The position numbers and the translations under genes are program-made. A stretch of 64,000 nt of DNA, taken from assembly GCF_964204645.1 (NCBI RefSeq), contig NC_134027.1, positions 17,198,560-17,262,559 on the forward strand. The letters are read 5' to 3'. The DNA comes from Tubulanus polymorphus (taxonomy: Eukaryota > Animalia > Nemertea). Every line of letters begins with the position of its first letter. Positions within the stretch are counted from its first letter, which is position 1. Shown piece by piece: positions 13,401 through 27,285 of this stretch. The notes beneath the pieces are model-generated. The model was not told the origin of the DNA, did no database searches, and was given only the letters and a program-made list of their open reading frames with translations.

Positions 13401-14304
13401 TATCAAATGACCTTTTTTGTATTGCAATAAATTTTTACTAAATAATCTGCAACATATGAATTCAAACATAATTTTAATCGATATGAGAGAGATATGGAAA
13501 TATATGCCCATAGCCACAATAAAGAAACCTATATCTCTTGATATATAGCCTTACACATGAAAAATACATTATTTTTTTTAAATACACGGGACGTATCAAT
13601 AATTTCTTATCGTTTCAAAATTGTAATGGCATCTAGTACTCAAGACTATAACAAAACAATATCACTGGTATCGTGAATTGTTATTGTCAAGTTACCATTT
13701 TCTGAGAAAAATGAACAGAATGTTAAAACTTTTCTTGCATTCAATGAATATTAAACAGCATATGTAAAAGAAAGTACATGTTTTCTTAAACGTTGCCACA
13801 AGTGAAAATCATTCAGTCTTTAACATTTCGTTCAAATTCAATCGAATATAACTTGAGAATTCCTCAAAATATACCTTTTCATTGAAACAAAATATCAATA
13901 AAATCTTTGTTTGTGTGAAAAGGATAACGCTCAAAACTATAATTACATATTTCCAATCAAAGATCAAACAATATTACCAGTATCTTAAATCATTATACGT
14001 TCATGATCTGATGGATCTACAGTGTGCTGGCCATTATAAACTTACGTTTATTGGGTCATATAAAATGGCAGCACGAGCATCCATTGTGACTGTCGGCCTG
14101 CACGGACGTACTTTCGGCACACTCCTGATATTAGCAATAGATCGATGTGAAGCAACGAGGTTAGTTAAAATTAAATACTATAATAATCAGATATCTCAAT
14201 AACATTACCATAAACCGAAACATCATCTGTCTCTTTCTCTTTCAACTTTTCAACTACAAACGTGCGACTGTATTTTCTGGAGTTCGGAAGACGACCCCAG
14301 GATC

Positions 14305-14992
14305 ATGGCAAATAATAGACAAAGCGTTTCACCCCGAAGAGGCAACCAAGACCTGCGAGAACGAACCAGAACCGCAAACCACCACCAGCTACCTCAACAC
14401 CCGAAGAAGCTGATGATGGAATATCAACGATACTCGACCTGATTTTGCTGCAACTATCGAAACTCGATGATCTGCAAACCAATATGGCCGCCATGAAAGA
14501 ATCGCTCGAATATTGTCACGAGGACGTACGACAACTTAAAAATGAAAACGAAACCTTCAAAAACAAAGTTCACGAACTCGAAAAAAAGTCGAAGTCGAAC
14601 AGGATGCGTTAATAAAATCGGACCATGAAGTACTGTTAGATGAACAGTGACGCAGTATGCGCGATAATCTTATATTTTACGGTGTGCAGGAATCCGAAAA
14701 CGAGAAGACGGAAGATAAAATCAAAAACTTGTGTACGAACGATTTGAAATTACCGAAAGAGACTGTGGATTCGATTAAGTTTGCGAGATCGCACCGGCTC
14801 GGGAAGAAGAAGTACGACCAAAAGAAACCACGTCCGATTGTAGCCCAGTTTGAGTTCTTCAAGGATCGTGAAGTTGTGCGCTCTGCTGCAAAAAATCTTG
14901 CAGGATCGTCGCTCGGATTAAGCGAGCAGGTGCCTGAGGAGTGGGCTGCGAGGCGACGTGAGCAACTTCCAGCTGAGAGCTGCGAAAGCTAG
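14305..14992 (+). pseudogene. LINE ORF1 (coiled coil + RRM-like), frameshifted
   Basis: ORF 14657-14992 plus upstream heptad-like sequence. Confidence 0.75.
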
Positions 14993-15359
14993 AGGCAAGC
15001 AAGCTTTTTTCGTTCGGGACAAGTTAGTGATCCGTGATTACACTAACCGCGCGCCGATGGACAGTAGCTAGGATCCTGTGGAGGGACTATGTCTGCAATT
15101 CATAGACCGGGTTGCGTTCGTGTCGCGTGATCGTTGTTCTGTTGTTGAGTTTGTGAATAGTGTATGTTTTCATGATAACAATGCCAATGTAAATAGAGAA
15201 ATGTTGACTCTTGTGTAAATAATGATAGTGTAAATGAAAATTTCAGTGTAAATAGCACAACTCACGGACCGGATATAACCCAAAACAATAACACTTTTGG
15301 TGTGAATAGAGAAAATGGAAATTGTACAGCAAATGTTAATGATTCACCTTGCATAGAAA

Positions 15360-16153
15360 CATTAAAATTCTCAACGTTGAACGTATGTGGCTTGATAAGT
15401 AAACTTGATGTCCCAGAATTTATTTAATATCAGCAATAACGATTTTATATGTCTCACTGAAACCCATTTAGATGATGTAGATGGTAATTTAGGTTGCAGT
15501 TTGTCTGATTCTCACGTAGCGCACTTCAAGAATAGGAAGAAATTCTCAAAAAATGGATCGGGTGGTATAGGTATCATATACAATAAATGTTTACAAACTA
15601 GAGTTAAACCTTTTTCAACTGACTGTCAATTCGTATCTTGGTATTTATTAGGGAAAAGATTTATTTAACCGCGACAAAGATGTTCTACTAGGTGTTGTTT
15701 ATATTCCCCCTGAAAACAGTCGATATTACTCAGAAAGGGCTATTAGGGAGATTGAGCTAGAATTATAACAATTAAAGGTTGAATAGGAATTTAATGTGTT
15801 AATTACTGGTGATTTTAATACAATACAAAAAGGATATTAAATTAGAAAGATATATTAGTGAACTTGATGAAGATTTAGTAATAAGTTTATTCGAATTTAG
15901 AATTGGATCTTATCTCTTGCCTGTAAATAAATTATCAAATCTTCCGTTAGATAGAAATGATAGATTATGTTCGGCTTGTAATGTTTTAGGTGATGAATTG
16001 CATTTTATGTTTAACTGCAACCTGCTGAATGAAATCCGTGAAAATATTTTGAATCTGAACTCTTTTGGCAATCTTGATATTCTAAAAAATCCTACAATCC
16101 GCCTTGCAAAATTCACTAAAAAAGGCTTAGATGTTAATAGATCCCTCCAATAA
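15360..16153 (+). pseudogene. LINE ORF2 remnant: APE N-terminus joined by deletion to the C-terminal zinc-binding region; RT missing
   Basis: ORFs 15405-15668 and 15809-16153. Confidence 0.75.
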
Positions 16154-16329
16154 TTCTTATGTTGTAAATAGTGTTTGTATATATTGTTAATAACTTTGTT
16201 ATATTTTATCAAACCAAGTTTATACTTTCTCTTAATTGTAAATATTGTATACTTTGTATCAGTCTCCCTCCGTGTACCGTAGAAATGGTTGGAGTGTAAA
16301 TAAAATCCTAATCCTAATCCTAATCCTAG

Positions 16330-16332
<3 letters not shown>

Positions 16333-16404
<72 letters not shown>
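16333..16404. repeat. (TA)n microsatellite
   Basis: Direct reading. Confidence 0.98.
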
Positions 16405-16409
<5 letters not shown>

Positions 16410-17599
16410 CTGATAGATCTAATGCGGTAATCGATTGCAGATGTTGTCATGAGGCATGTGACCAATATTATGCCCAATGCTTGTGATTTTACTGATAATA
16501 GCGTAAAGCTAAAATCATCATTATACTCATTCCAGTTAGATCAACATTGGCCATTCAAATTATCGTTGTTTCGGTTTAAGACGATGTACCACCGTCAGAG
16601 TACTACTGCAATAGCGGTCCTTTTGATATTAAATTCATACAATGTAGTCAATAGTTATGGTAAGTTCACTTTTAAAATGTAATGGTTTCTATAATCCAAC
16701 CATGAGCAATCATGTAGAAGGTTTAAAACGGATCGGACTCAAACGTATTTCTTTTATTGGGAATACGGTCGATTTCGGTCGGTTTTATCTGCCGGTCGGA
16801 ATTCAACGAAGAGTTTCTATCAGTATATTATCAATTAGGCAGAGAGTTAAAATAGTTGAAAATCTCTGGCAGTGTTGAAAATCTATAGGCAGTGTTTATA
16901 TCACATAAACAAGTGTATTTGCAGACAACAATAGCTTTCAAGGATTTAGGAGTCGGACATTTAAACGAGAAGAAATTCTTAATCTTAGTGGTTACGAATA
17001 AATATGAACGAGCAATGAAGGTCTATTTCAAAATTCGATTTGAACAGTTTCTTTCATTTTTGAGCTTAGACGGAAAACCCACATACGGTAGGGAAATGAA
17101 CAGAGAAACTTCATTCTCATTGACGGTAACGAATTTAGACTAACGACTTTAGACTTAAAGAATTAAAGAAACTATTACGCTATGGCTGAATAGAGGAAAA
17201 TGCAACTCCCGAAAACGTTTGCTAGAATAAATATATTTACTCATTAGAAAATGAGATTTGTACTGTTTTTGCTTCTATGGATATTATCAATTGTCCATAG
17301 CCATACTTTAACTGGTATCACTCATAATTCTAATCCTAACCAGATTCAAAATGTCCCAGTGCAAAGGGACTAATGATTCTCAGCTATTTTGAAAGGATTG
17401 TTTAGCAGGAACGATGCGCATATGCAGTTGACAGACGGAACTGTTACATCGTTTCCACCAGTGTTATGGTTTTCCACCACTGCTGTGGTTATGAATCTCT
17501 ACCAGCGTTGTGGATCCGGGATGAATTCTCCAACTAGTGTTGTTGTAATGAATCTCTCGGCGATGTTGTGCGGGGTCTGTCTTTAGGCCGGATCGTCAG

Positions 17600-17800
17600 T
17601 CCTGGTTCTGACTTTCGTCGAAAACCCTCTTTCTGTTGATTAGTATTATTATTTACATATTTTCCACTTTTTTTCATCACATAAAATTCATCTTCTCTCG
17701 CATTCGACAACTAACAGCTACTTAGCGGAATGTAGAATTCTGATAGAAATATCACGATCCAAATCTGTACGTGGATTCTATGTATATATTATACATCATA
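17600..17800 (+). repeat. HINE/DINE-1-like element 5' fragment, same family as 23781-23990
   Basis: TTCTGACTTTCGTCGAAAACCCTC...TTATTATTTACATATTTTCCACTTTTTT is shared with 23785-23930. Confidence 0.6.
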
Positions 17801-18862
17801 TTGATACCAGGAACTAGCTCAGAATCGTCCCCAAACACAAACGATATTCAAATAATTAAAAGCCTGCTTTATTGTCGAGACGAGAGCCAGAGAGGAAAGA
17901 GAGAGAGGGATATCGGGACGTGAATTTATATTGCTCCAATGGCGAGACAGACGTCAGTAGAACAAAGTCGAAATGACCAGTGCCGAGTGAAGTGAAAGGT
18001 TAGGATTAAAAGATAAAGACAATATTGATTTTAATAAATTTACAATACAGATATATAGAACATAAAAAACTTAATAATTACGTGGATATTAAATAAATAC
18101 TATCACCTGTATCATATGCCCCACATTCATCTGATTCGTCCTCGAATCTCAAAACTAAACTATACCGACGACAAGACTATTGACATCGAGTGAAAATCCA
18201 CTAATCGATAACAGATTCAAACATGAAAAGTAACCATATATACTGCATGATATTCTTCCCTTTATACACGCAATTATCAGTGGGATGAAAACCTGGCAGA
18301 CACTTAGATTACGCGGATGTCACTAACGACTCATCATTGTAGTAACAAGACGTAGACACACGAAAAAAAATGTATACAGATCCACCACTTAACAATTAAG
18401 CGTAATCAGGAGAAATAAACAAAGATAGTATATGATTCATACGAATGGAATTTAACCTAAAATCTAACGATAGGCGTAGGTTGTCAATAATAGCAAAGTG
18501 GTCAGTACGGTAGTAAATATCATTGTCACTTCTAAAATAAATATCACAGTCCAATAAGTGGAATGCATGCACGAAAATAAATTAAAACTATGCTAAGTAT
18601 CAAGTAACTAAGTATCAAGTTCCACATAAATTATAATAACTAAACTAAATATCTCTGATAAAAAGGCTGGCTGACACAGAGGCATGCGTTTTGTAAAATT
18701 AAAATAAACATTAGCAACAGCCGATCCTCTTTGTTCTGTGTTGGATAGAGGACTCAGAAAACCCGAAACGGTATCAACCCAACAATTAGCCCTCTTTTCT
18801 GACGAGAGAGTGTTAACTCCCAGGTTCACGATAGGTAAAACACAATATCCGTGTTGACGCGA

Positions 18863-18981
18863 TGAGGAGAGAATCCCACAATGATAATAAAAAGTCCGAA
18901 AATGAAACTTCGAGATAGTAGTATACTATCTCGAAGTTTCATTTTCGGACTTTTTATTATCATTGTGGGATTCTCTCCTCA
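18863..18981. repeat. Perfect 119-bp palindrome (58-bp arms, 3-nt loop)
   Basis: TGAGGAGAGAATCCC...GATAGTA-GTA-TACTATC...GGGATTCTCTCCTCA. Confidence 0.95.
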
Positions 18982-19387
18982 ACTCCCAGGTTATTTCTTC
19001 TGTGCTGGAGGAACCACTCCAGTGGAAAAGCAAAGAGTGTTAACCAAATATAGTTATGCAAAGGCTAGCATTTGATCTAGTGTACAGCGCACACTTTGCT
19101 AGTCTCCGAGACATCACGATTGAACATCTGTGCCGGGCGACAGGTTTCGATAGGTTTGTAGATGTCTCTCAATCGGATGTGTACGTTCTTGTAACTACAG
19201 GCTTGTGGACGATTCGTCATGATCTGCGCCTTCGACATTGGGCTTACCACCTATGTTAACGCAAGTGGGGCCAGCAATGTCTTGTTGTTACTTTCAAATC
19301 TACAGTCCATCTCGTAGTGTCGAGTCTGACAAAGGTCAGCTTGGTGCAGTAACTTCTTTAGATCAATTTGATAACTTCTTACGATTT

Positions 19388-19520
19388 CTTGTCCCCCGCG
19401 CGGCATAGGCCGCGAGCGGGGGACTTGGTATCCGCTTCCGTCCGTCCGTCCGTCCGTCTGCATGAGATTGTGAACGCGATTCAAGAAGAACCGTTGATCG
19501 CAGGACTATGTTATTAGTAA
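19388..19520 (+). mobile_element. DINE-1/HINE-like (Helentron-associated) element 5' end
   Basis: T-rich start, GTCCCCCGC...GCGGGGGAC stem, then a (GTCC)n microsatellite. Confidence 0.65.
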
Positions 19521-21860
19521 ACAGTACACATGTGGTTAATGACATTGAATCAAACATGAATTTATGTATTTGCAGTGCAAAACAGCTCTAACTCAATTAT
19601 CTAGGATATAATTTGAGCCAAGAATCAAGTATTTGGAAGTAATTTGACATGATAATTGAATTTCTGATACCCTATTTAGAATTACAAAGTATTTCCTGTT
19701 CCTATCATTTGCGCAGTATCACAAATTAAGCCTGTGTTCTTCGACGGATTAAATATGGTGTCTCTGTGGGCAGCAATCCCCGCCAAAAGATGAGGTTTTG
19801 TTTCACGTAGCGAAAATGACAAATCCATGCCTCAAAGACATTTTCGTACCACGGCTCATGCGCCAAAATGTCAGTAGATGGCGCCACGTATATTTAAATT
19901 ATGTCATCCTGGTTAAGCAGAAATAATTCTTTCAGCGTTATCATTTTAGCTGTTTCGCCAGCAGTTTCGGCGTTTCGATTAGCAGTTTGTGCGATCTTCT
20001 TAAAATGACGGATATTTGGAGAAACCCGGAAATAGTTGGCCTTTTAACTGCTGGGAGATCGTTGATTTCTATCGGCCACAGCAGATCTCACAGCGCACGC
20101 ATAGCGGAAGTATACAAAGCCACGAATCTGCTGTCGGTGGATAGAAAACATTAGTTTCTGTCGATTTGCTATCAACCAGAGCAGGATCGTTCAATGTTGT
20201 GATGGATAGAAATTAGATTTCCTTTCGATTATTTAACCGTCCAGAACGGGATCTAATGCGAAAACAATTTTGTTTCGAACAAATTTTTGAATGAAAATAA
20301 TCCGGTTCGATTTAAAAGCTTTTAACAATATACTTGTTTGAACCGAAAACTTAACATTCTGACAAGTGAATGAAAACGATTCTGTTCCATCGAAAAATTG
20401 TTCTAACGAAAAACATTTCGTATGGACATAAAGTTTGTTCGAACGAAAACAACTTTTTCCTAACGATTTTTACAAATTGGTTCAATCGAACGAAATGTTT
20501 TTGGTTCGAATGAAAAATTTCGAGCAAAAGGTTCTTTGAACAAAAAAAGATCTTTCTGGGGATCCGCAGTAACTTAAGTCATTAGAAATTATTTCTTCAT
20601 TTTTACCAATAAAATATCGTTGATAATTGTGATTGATCATTGGAAGTCAGAACCAGTTAATCACTAATACATGCATTTTGATAAATCTGATTCCTCCTTT
20701 ATAGTGAACTTAGCTTTAACCTAAACGAGACTACTAGCCTACGTAGGCCTATGTATATGCGTAAGCCTAACATCCGGACGGATTGATCTTATTTAACCGG
20801 GATAGGTCTTTGGGGGTTATTCAATTTCATTTTCGGATTATGAAGAATTTAATCTTTTGTACATCGTAGCAATGTTGCCGGATTTTTTTTGCAAATTTTG
20901 TTTTGGAGTTCAATCCATGAGTCCGTTAATTATCACAACAATTACATGTGTTTGTTTGAGACAGTAAAGCTCAGTACTGGTAGACCTAAAGGTCACGTAC
21001 AACTCAATGAACATTTCATGCCACCCGAGAAACGATCCCCTATCCCCCGTGGCGAACACTTACTCCGAACATAAGCGTGAGCCCAGCTTACTGATGAGAG
21101 TGTGTCATATACTTGTATTTAGTAAATATCATGGATTTGATAAAGATCGGAATGTACTATAGGAAAAAAGTTGAATGAAGCTCGCCGCCGAACAAGTAAT
21201 ATATTCTTTATTTTGATACCTCGTCGACACAACAGCTTTTTCCGACGGATGATAATATGTCATATACAGGTATTTAGTAAGTATCCCGTGGATTTGGAAA
21301 AGCTCGGTATGTACTGTAGGAAAAATAGAATACTGATGCATGGTTGAAGCCCGGGGCCAAATCACTGTAGTAATAAATTCATTTGATACCTCGTCAACGA
21401 TTGCCTTTACGTCGTCCTTCCGCCGCGGATCCGCTGCGAGTTTTCCCCGCCATGAGAATCAAATCAAGTAGAAATGAATTTATTACACCCAGTGATTTGC
21501 CCGCGGGCTTCAAATAGTTAGTTTTACAATATTCTATTTTCCTTTACCAAATTAAGCGGATATTTACTACGATAAATCATTTAAGTACCGAGTTGTAGGC
21601 CTAAACTAAACAGGCCGAACAGATTCAGCAGAGAAAAGCTATGGTGTAGACGACATTATGAGAATGCCGGTTTGGCGCTGTATGTAAATTTCACCTAAAT
21701 CAACGACTTTCAGCTATTAGCGGTACTTAAGACCACTTGAAAACATCCTAGTCAATTACGGTATTAATGTGAAAATAAAAAGAATTAGATACAGTTCGGT
21801 GTACAGTTAAGGATACGATTCTATAGCACCCATACTAGAAACATTTCATTCAAACAAGGA

Positions 21861-22365
21861 CGAGAATTCAAAAAGTTTGGTTTTCTCGCGCGAGAATTCA
21901 AAACTTTTGGTTTCCCTGCGCGAGAATTCAAAACTTTTGGTTTTCTCGCGCGAGAAAACAAAAAATTTTGGTTTTCTCGCTCGAGAATTCAAAAAGTTTG
22001 GTTTTCTCACGCGAGAATTCAAAAAGTTTGGTTTTCTCGCGCGAGAATTCAAAAAGTTTGGTTTTCTCGCGCGAGAAAACCAAAAGTTTTGAATTCTCGC
22101 GCAGGAAAACAAAAAAATGGGCCATTGTAAAAAATATTTATCCAGCTTCTAGCCAGTCTGAAAAATTTTTCAAACCAAAATGTTTAGTTTTCTCGCGCGA
22201 GAAAACCAAAAGTTTTGAATTCTCGCGCAACAAAACCGAAAGTTTTGAATTCTCGCGCGAGAAAACCGAAAGTTTTGAATTCTCGCGCGAGAAAACCGAA
22301 ATGTTTTGTTTTCTCGCGCGAGAAAACCGAAAGTTTTGAATTCTCGCGCGAGAAAACCAAAAACG
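21861..22365. repeat. 30-bp CpG-rich minisatellite with an orientation switch (CGAGAATTCAAAAAGTTTGGTTTTCTCGCG)
   Basis: About 7 forward units (21861-22075), then inverted units (22075-22110, 22190-22365); junctions form TTCTCGCGCGAGAA palindromes. Confidence 0.92.
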
Positions 22366-23318
22366 GGCCAATGTGAAAAATTTTTTATCGGTGCTTTAGC
22401 CATACAGAAAAATTTTTTAGTATGGCCCGAATCAGCCACCATAATTAACTGACCTATGCATGACCAGTACCATATTGTAAATCATTTGTTTTCCAAACAC
22501 TTAACATGTTTGGAGTCAAATAACTAGATGTGATGTGGGCATTAATCTAAAAATTGTTTAACTGACCAATGCTTGACCAGTACTGACCAGTTACCAGTGC
22601 TAACCAGAACCCCCCATAAGTAATTTATATATTTAGTGAAGCCATAAAATCGTGTTTGGGCGTCGAGCGACTAGATATGGTGCGGGCTATGATCTAACAG
22701 CTACCGTATTTAACTGACCAATTTTTGACCAATACTGACCCTAAAGTGATTTTGTCTATTTTAGAAGCAACACAGTCGTGTTTGGTGTCAAATAATTAGA
22801 TATGGTGTGGGCTTTCATCTAACAACTATTTAACTGACCAAATCTTGACCAATACTGACCACATAGCTATATTTATCTTTTTCAGAGACAACTTAGTCGT
22901 GACTGGTATCAAATAAATAATTTCATTTGGCCTGAATGTAAATATAACAACTCTTTTACCTGTATAAGCTACACAAGTACTGTCTAATTACCAGTTAAAT
23001 GTTTTTAGAAATGACACGGAGTATTGCCTGAATCCTTCGTTAGTACTACTAGCTCTTACATTTAAATTTATCGCTTGAAAAGTCTTGTCAGATTTTTATT
23101 GTAGGTAGCGAGCCAACTTTGGAATTTCCCACTGATTGCAAGTGATTTATCACGTGGGGTTTTGAACGAACAACGTTTCGATTTGTAATTGTAACGTGCG
23201 CATTTGAGCCTGTAACAGGCACATTTCACTCGCGTGAACGTGCGTAACGGTACCAACATGCGAAACTTGTCAGACTTTTACGTTCAAGAAGTTTAAACTG
23301 AACATTAAAGAAGATACT

Positions 23319-23616
<298 letters not shown>

Positions 23617-23678
23617 TTTCGTAGCTGGTGTCCACTGATCAAAGATCCAAGTTAATCGCCTGATATGAAATATATATA

Positions 23679-23990
23679 TTTAGGGTTTTCTGTTTCTTCA
23701 CAGAAAACCCTATTGAAATTCGCGTGATTACTAGGGTTTTCTGTTTCTTCACAGAAAACCCCATTGAAAATCGCGTGATTAGGGTTTTCTGACTTTCGTC
23801 GAAAACCCTCTTGTAATTCTGTTGATTATTATTATTATTTACATATTTTCCACTTTTTTCCGCACATAAAATTCATCTATCAGATTCGACAACTAACAGC
23901 TTCTAATCGAAATGTAGAATTCTGATAGTAATATAAAACTCATTCGCTCCGCGTAGATTCTATCTATGCACTCTCCATCCCATTTTTAAC
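23679..23990 (+). mobile_element. Three tandem HINE/DINE-1-like 5' ends (AGGGTTTTC..GAAAACCC hairpins)
   Basis: TAGGGTTTTCTG-loop-GAAAACCC occurs three times, followed by (ATT)n and a body shared with 17600-17800. Confidence 0.6.
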
Positions 23991-24037
23991 TTAAAATTAC
24001 TTACTGTAAGATAACACCGGATGATAGTAGCAATCAC

Positions 24038-24189
24038 AGTAATAGGGAATAAGTTGTTCTAGATCAAAGGTCGAAAGATCGAGTTCATAAAAAATGAAAA
24101 ATGAATTCTCGCACACTCGAATTTATTTTTCATTTTCTATTCACTCAACCTCTCAACCTTTAATCTAGAACAACTTATTCCCTATCACT
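24038..24189. other. Terminal fold-back hairpin (152 nt), left end of A
   Basis: The first 71 nt are imperfectly complementary to 24119-24189; loop TCGCACACTC. Confidence 0.9.
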
Positions 24190-24252
24190 CTTATAATATT
24201 CATATATATGAATAATTTCTAAAATCAATTTTAATTAAAATATGTATTATAA

Positions 24253-24592
24253 ATGGAGAGTAAACAAATACACAGTGAATTCTTAGATAGAATAAAAGAT
24301 ACTACAAATGTAAAATCTGTAGATTATAAATTCAAAAAGGTAACAGAATTAACAATTCATAAGAAATTTCTAATTACAAATATTGATACAGTTACTAACA
24401 AATATGGTATAAATTACTTATCCACTTAGAATATGAAGGATTAAAGGGAAATACATATAAATTCAGAACATATTTACCAGATAGATTTCATAGATTATCA
24501 AGTGAAGATTTAGAAGAATTATGTTCAGGTGATTTCCATTTCATATACAAAGGTAAGAATGAAAAGGGCACCATGAAATAGATTTCGAATAA
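24253..24592 (+). pseudogene. TIR-embedded small protein gene (frameshifted copy of 32355-32696)
   Basis: Inverted copy of the 113-aa ORF. Confidence 0.85.
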
Positions 24593-24606
24593 AATATGCA
24601 AAATAA

Positions 24607-25110
24607 ATGGTAGAATTAAAAGAATACAGAATATGTGTTGATTCAAGAAGACTTACAAATTATAAATCACATAATTTACTAGTACAATTAGATAGAGAAT
24701 TTAAGAATTGTATTGATTTAAAATTAGTAAATGTAAGTTTATGTAATTCGTTTTATAATATATCGGGTAAAACTTTTGATCATAGAGGGTTTATGATTTA
24801 TATGAGAAATAAAGATGAATAGTTTCATCTATTTTTAAAACCAGGATTATATAATTTAGAATCATTAGCGCAGGAAATTAATAGAAGAGCTCGGTTGAAA
24901 ATCGGGGGCACTTCTGTATTTGAAATTAAATTTAATAAAATTGATAGTACTAAATAATAAAATAAGAATAAAGATATCTAATGAACAACATAAATTTACG
25001 GTAAGCAAACAATGGCTAAAATGTTAGGAATTAAACCGCTTACAGTTACTGGAAACGCAAAAGGCATCTCAAATATAATACCTTTTACACACTTTTATAT
25101 TTATTACAGT
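24607..25110 (+). pseudogene. Putative minor capsid protein (penton), disrupted
   Basis: MVELKEYRICVDS...LVQLDREFKNCIDLKLVNVSLCNSFYNIS...LKPGLYNLESLAQEIN resembles penton N-termini of Polintons and virophages. Confidence 0.6.
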
Positions 25111-25128
25111 TTAAGCATATTGATAAAA

Positions 25129-25456
25129 ATGGGTCATTATCAGAACAAAAAAGACATAACTTAGCATTAGAGAAATACAATAAAGCAGCAGAAGAATATA
25201 GAGAAAAGGGACAAAACTATATGGATTATATTAACAAAGAATTATATGATCAGAAGATTTCACATAGAGATTTTCAATCAGTTGATGATGCAATGAGTTT
25301 ATATAACGCGGTAACCAATAAAGAAAAATTACATCTATACAAACCTAAATTATCAGATTATTATACCCCATGTAAAGAACAACAGAAATATGAAATAATT
25401 TGAATTTTAGGTGGAACTGTTATTGTTATATTTGTAGCATATAAATTTACTAATTA
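25129..25456 (+). pseudogene. Small coiled-coil protein with C-terminal TM segment
   Basis: EQKRHNLALEKY...PKLSDYYTP...ILGGTVIVIFVAYKF, interrupted by a stop. Confidence 0.55.
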
Positions 25457-25476
25457 GTAATTTCTTTGCTAAATAA

Positions 25477-25890
25477 ATGGATGATAAAGTTGATGGTGTT
25501 AATATTATTCCTCATGATATAAATGAAACTAAATTAAAATTATATTTGGAAAAACAAATATTAGAATTTGAAAATGACTTAAAGATAAAAAAGAAAAAAG
25601 ATTTAAAAAGTAAAATTATCTATTATTTTATTATAAGTGGTTCAGTTACAATTAATTCTGTAATAACATTTCTAGCAATATTCACCATTAACACCGTTAG
25701 CTATATCAATTGGCGTCCTAGGATTATCATCAAGTGTTTTTAACTGGTATAAGTTCAAAATTAAATATAAAAAGTAATAAAGAAAAATTTAAAACTAATA
25801 TAAAAGAAATTAAAAAATACACTAGATTATATAATTAGTTTAAATGGTAATATAACAGTTGAAGAACAAGATAAATTATTAATAAATTAA
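25477..25890 (+). pseudogene. Small membrane protein, frameshifted
   Basis: ORF 25477-25743 with a hydrophobic stretch; TAAATAAATG start. Confidence 0.5.
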
Positions 25891-25946
25891 TTAATAAATT
25901 ATTAATTAATAAGAATTAATAAATTATTAATTGTTTTATTAAATAA

Positions 25947-27285
25947 ATGGGGTTTCCAAAAGCTTTCCAATATGATAAATCAATTAAAAATAATATTCCT
26001 GCAATAGATTTTATTAAAAATATTACACATAAAAATTTAGTTTTAAATTCATTAACTAATTTAGAAATTTATGTTACTGAAACACAGTTTTTTATTTCTA
26101 AAATGGAAAATATATTTAATACATATGAAGTTACTTTTACTCGAGATGAATATCATATATATAAAGTAAAATCTAATATGAAATATTGGCAGAATAAATT
26201 AAATTTTGCTGTTTATTGTGCAACAACTGGTTGTGGTATAAATTGGAATGATCATTTAAATAACTAAGATAAAAATTTGAATTATTCCGATTGAAATTAA
26301 TTCACACAATATTTAGATTTCACACATATTTTCAAATCAGAATAATATTAAATGAATTGGAATGTCCTTTACCCGGATCTAAATATCTTAAAGAATTGGA
26401 TAATAATATTAATCTATATAAGTTTTATAAAATATGTATTGAATTTAATATAAATATTCCGATTTTAGAGCGCATGGTAAATTGCAAGGTATTGGTGAAC
26501 AGTATGAAATAAAAAGAATTGATTATATGCATAGAATTGGAGCTTATCATAATTATAAAATTGATAATAATAATGGTTGGATTAATTTTATTTTAGAAAA
26601 TAGTGAAGGTTTTACAAAATCAGGTATACAAAGAATAAATCAATCAATTAGAACTTATTTGATATGTATTCTAGGTGCGCAAGTTGAAACAAGATCACCA
26701 ATAGTTGGAAATGAAAACACTTCATTTGATACGCAGAAACAATTTAAACTTTTATTTGAAGATTCCATTCATAATGATAAAAATAGATCGATTCCAGAAA
26801 ATATAGTAAGATATCAAAATTATCTAGATAAATCACATATTAGATTAAATTTTTGTATAGTCCCTAATCTATTAATTATTTCTAATGATTTAGTATTAAA
26901 GATGGGAAATATAATTGGTTATAATAATTTAATTAAGACTGCAACAATGAATAATTCATTTGGATTGAAAGATATAAATAAAAAGATTATTACTGCTCCA
27001 AAATTAATGGAAGGTGAAAAAAATAAAAAACATATTCAATCAACAGAAACTAAAACTAAGAATATTAAATTAAATAATGATTATAAAATAAAAGATTACA
27101 ATACTACAGAATATGGTGCCGCACGGCACCCACACGGTGATATAAAAACTGATAATATTCAACATGATATAATAAAAACTAATAACGATAATAAATCCCA
27201 TGAAAATGCTAAAGTAGCTATAACTTGTATAGAAATTGTTATAGGAGGAATATTATATTTTAAATTTCAATTTTTTACTATATAA
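25947..27285 (+). pseudogene. Polinton uncharacterised protein (WQNKLNFAVYCATTGCGI; GFTKSGIQRINQSIRTY) with C-terminal hydrophobic tail
   Basis: ORFs 25947-26267, 26291-26512 and 26482-27285 join across a stop and a frameshift. Confidence 0.65.

Larger units (their letters stand above)
14280..16329 (+). mobile_element. Internally deleted LINE (RTE-X/L1-like): ORF1, endonuclease start, C-terminal Cys/His domain, (ATCCTA)n tail
   Basis: ORF1 coiled coil + RRM-like region (RDNLIFYGVQE, RSHRLG, PRPIVAQF); endonuclease TLNVCGL/CLTETH/SGGIG/YIPPE; RLCSACNVLGDELHFMFNC; AATAAA followed by (ATCCTA)4. Confidence 0.8.

Noticed and set aside
16259-16477. ORF with a YIYIYI run
   Set aside because: Translation of the (TA)n microsatellite and the LINE tail.
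21846-22442. Overlapping FSRE/SRAR-repeat ORFs on both strands
   Set aside because: Artefacts of the 30-bp palindromic satellite.
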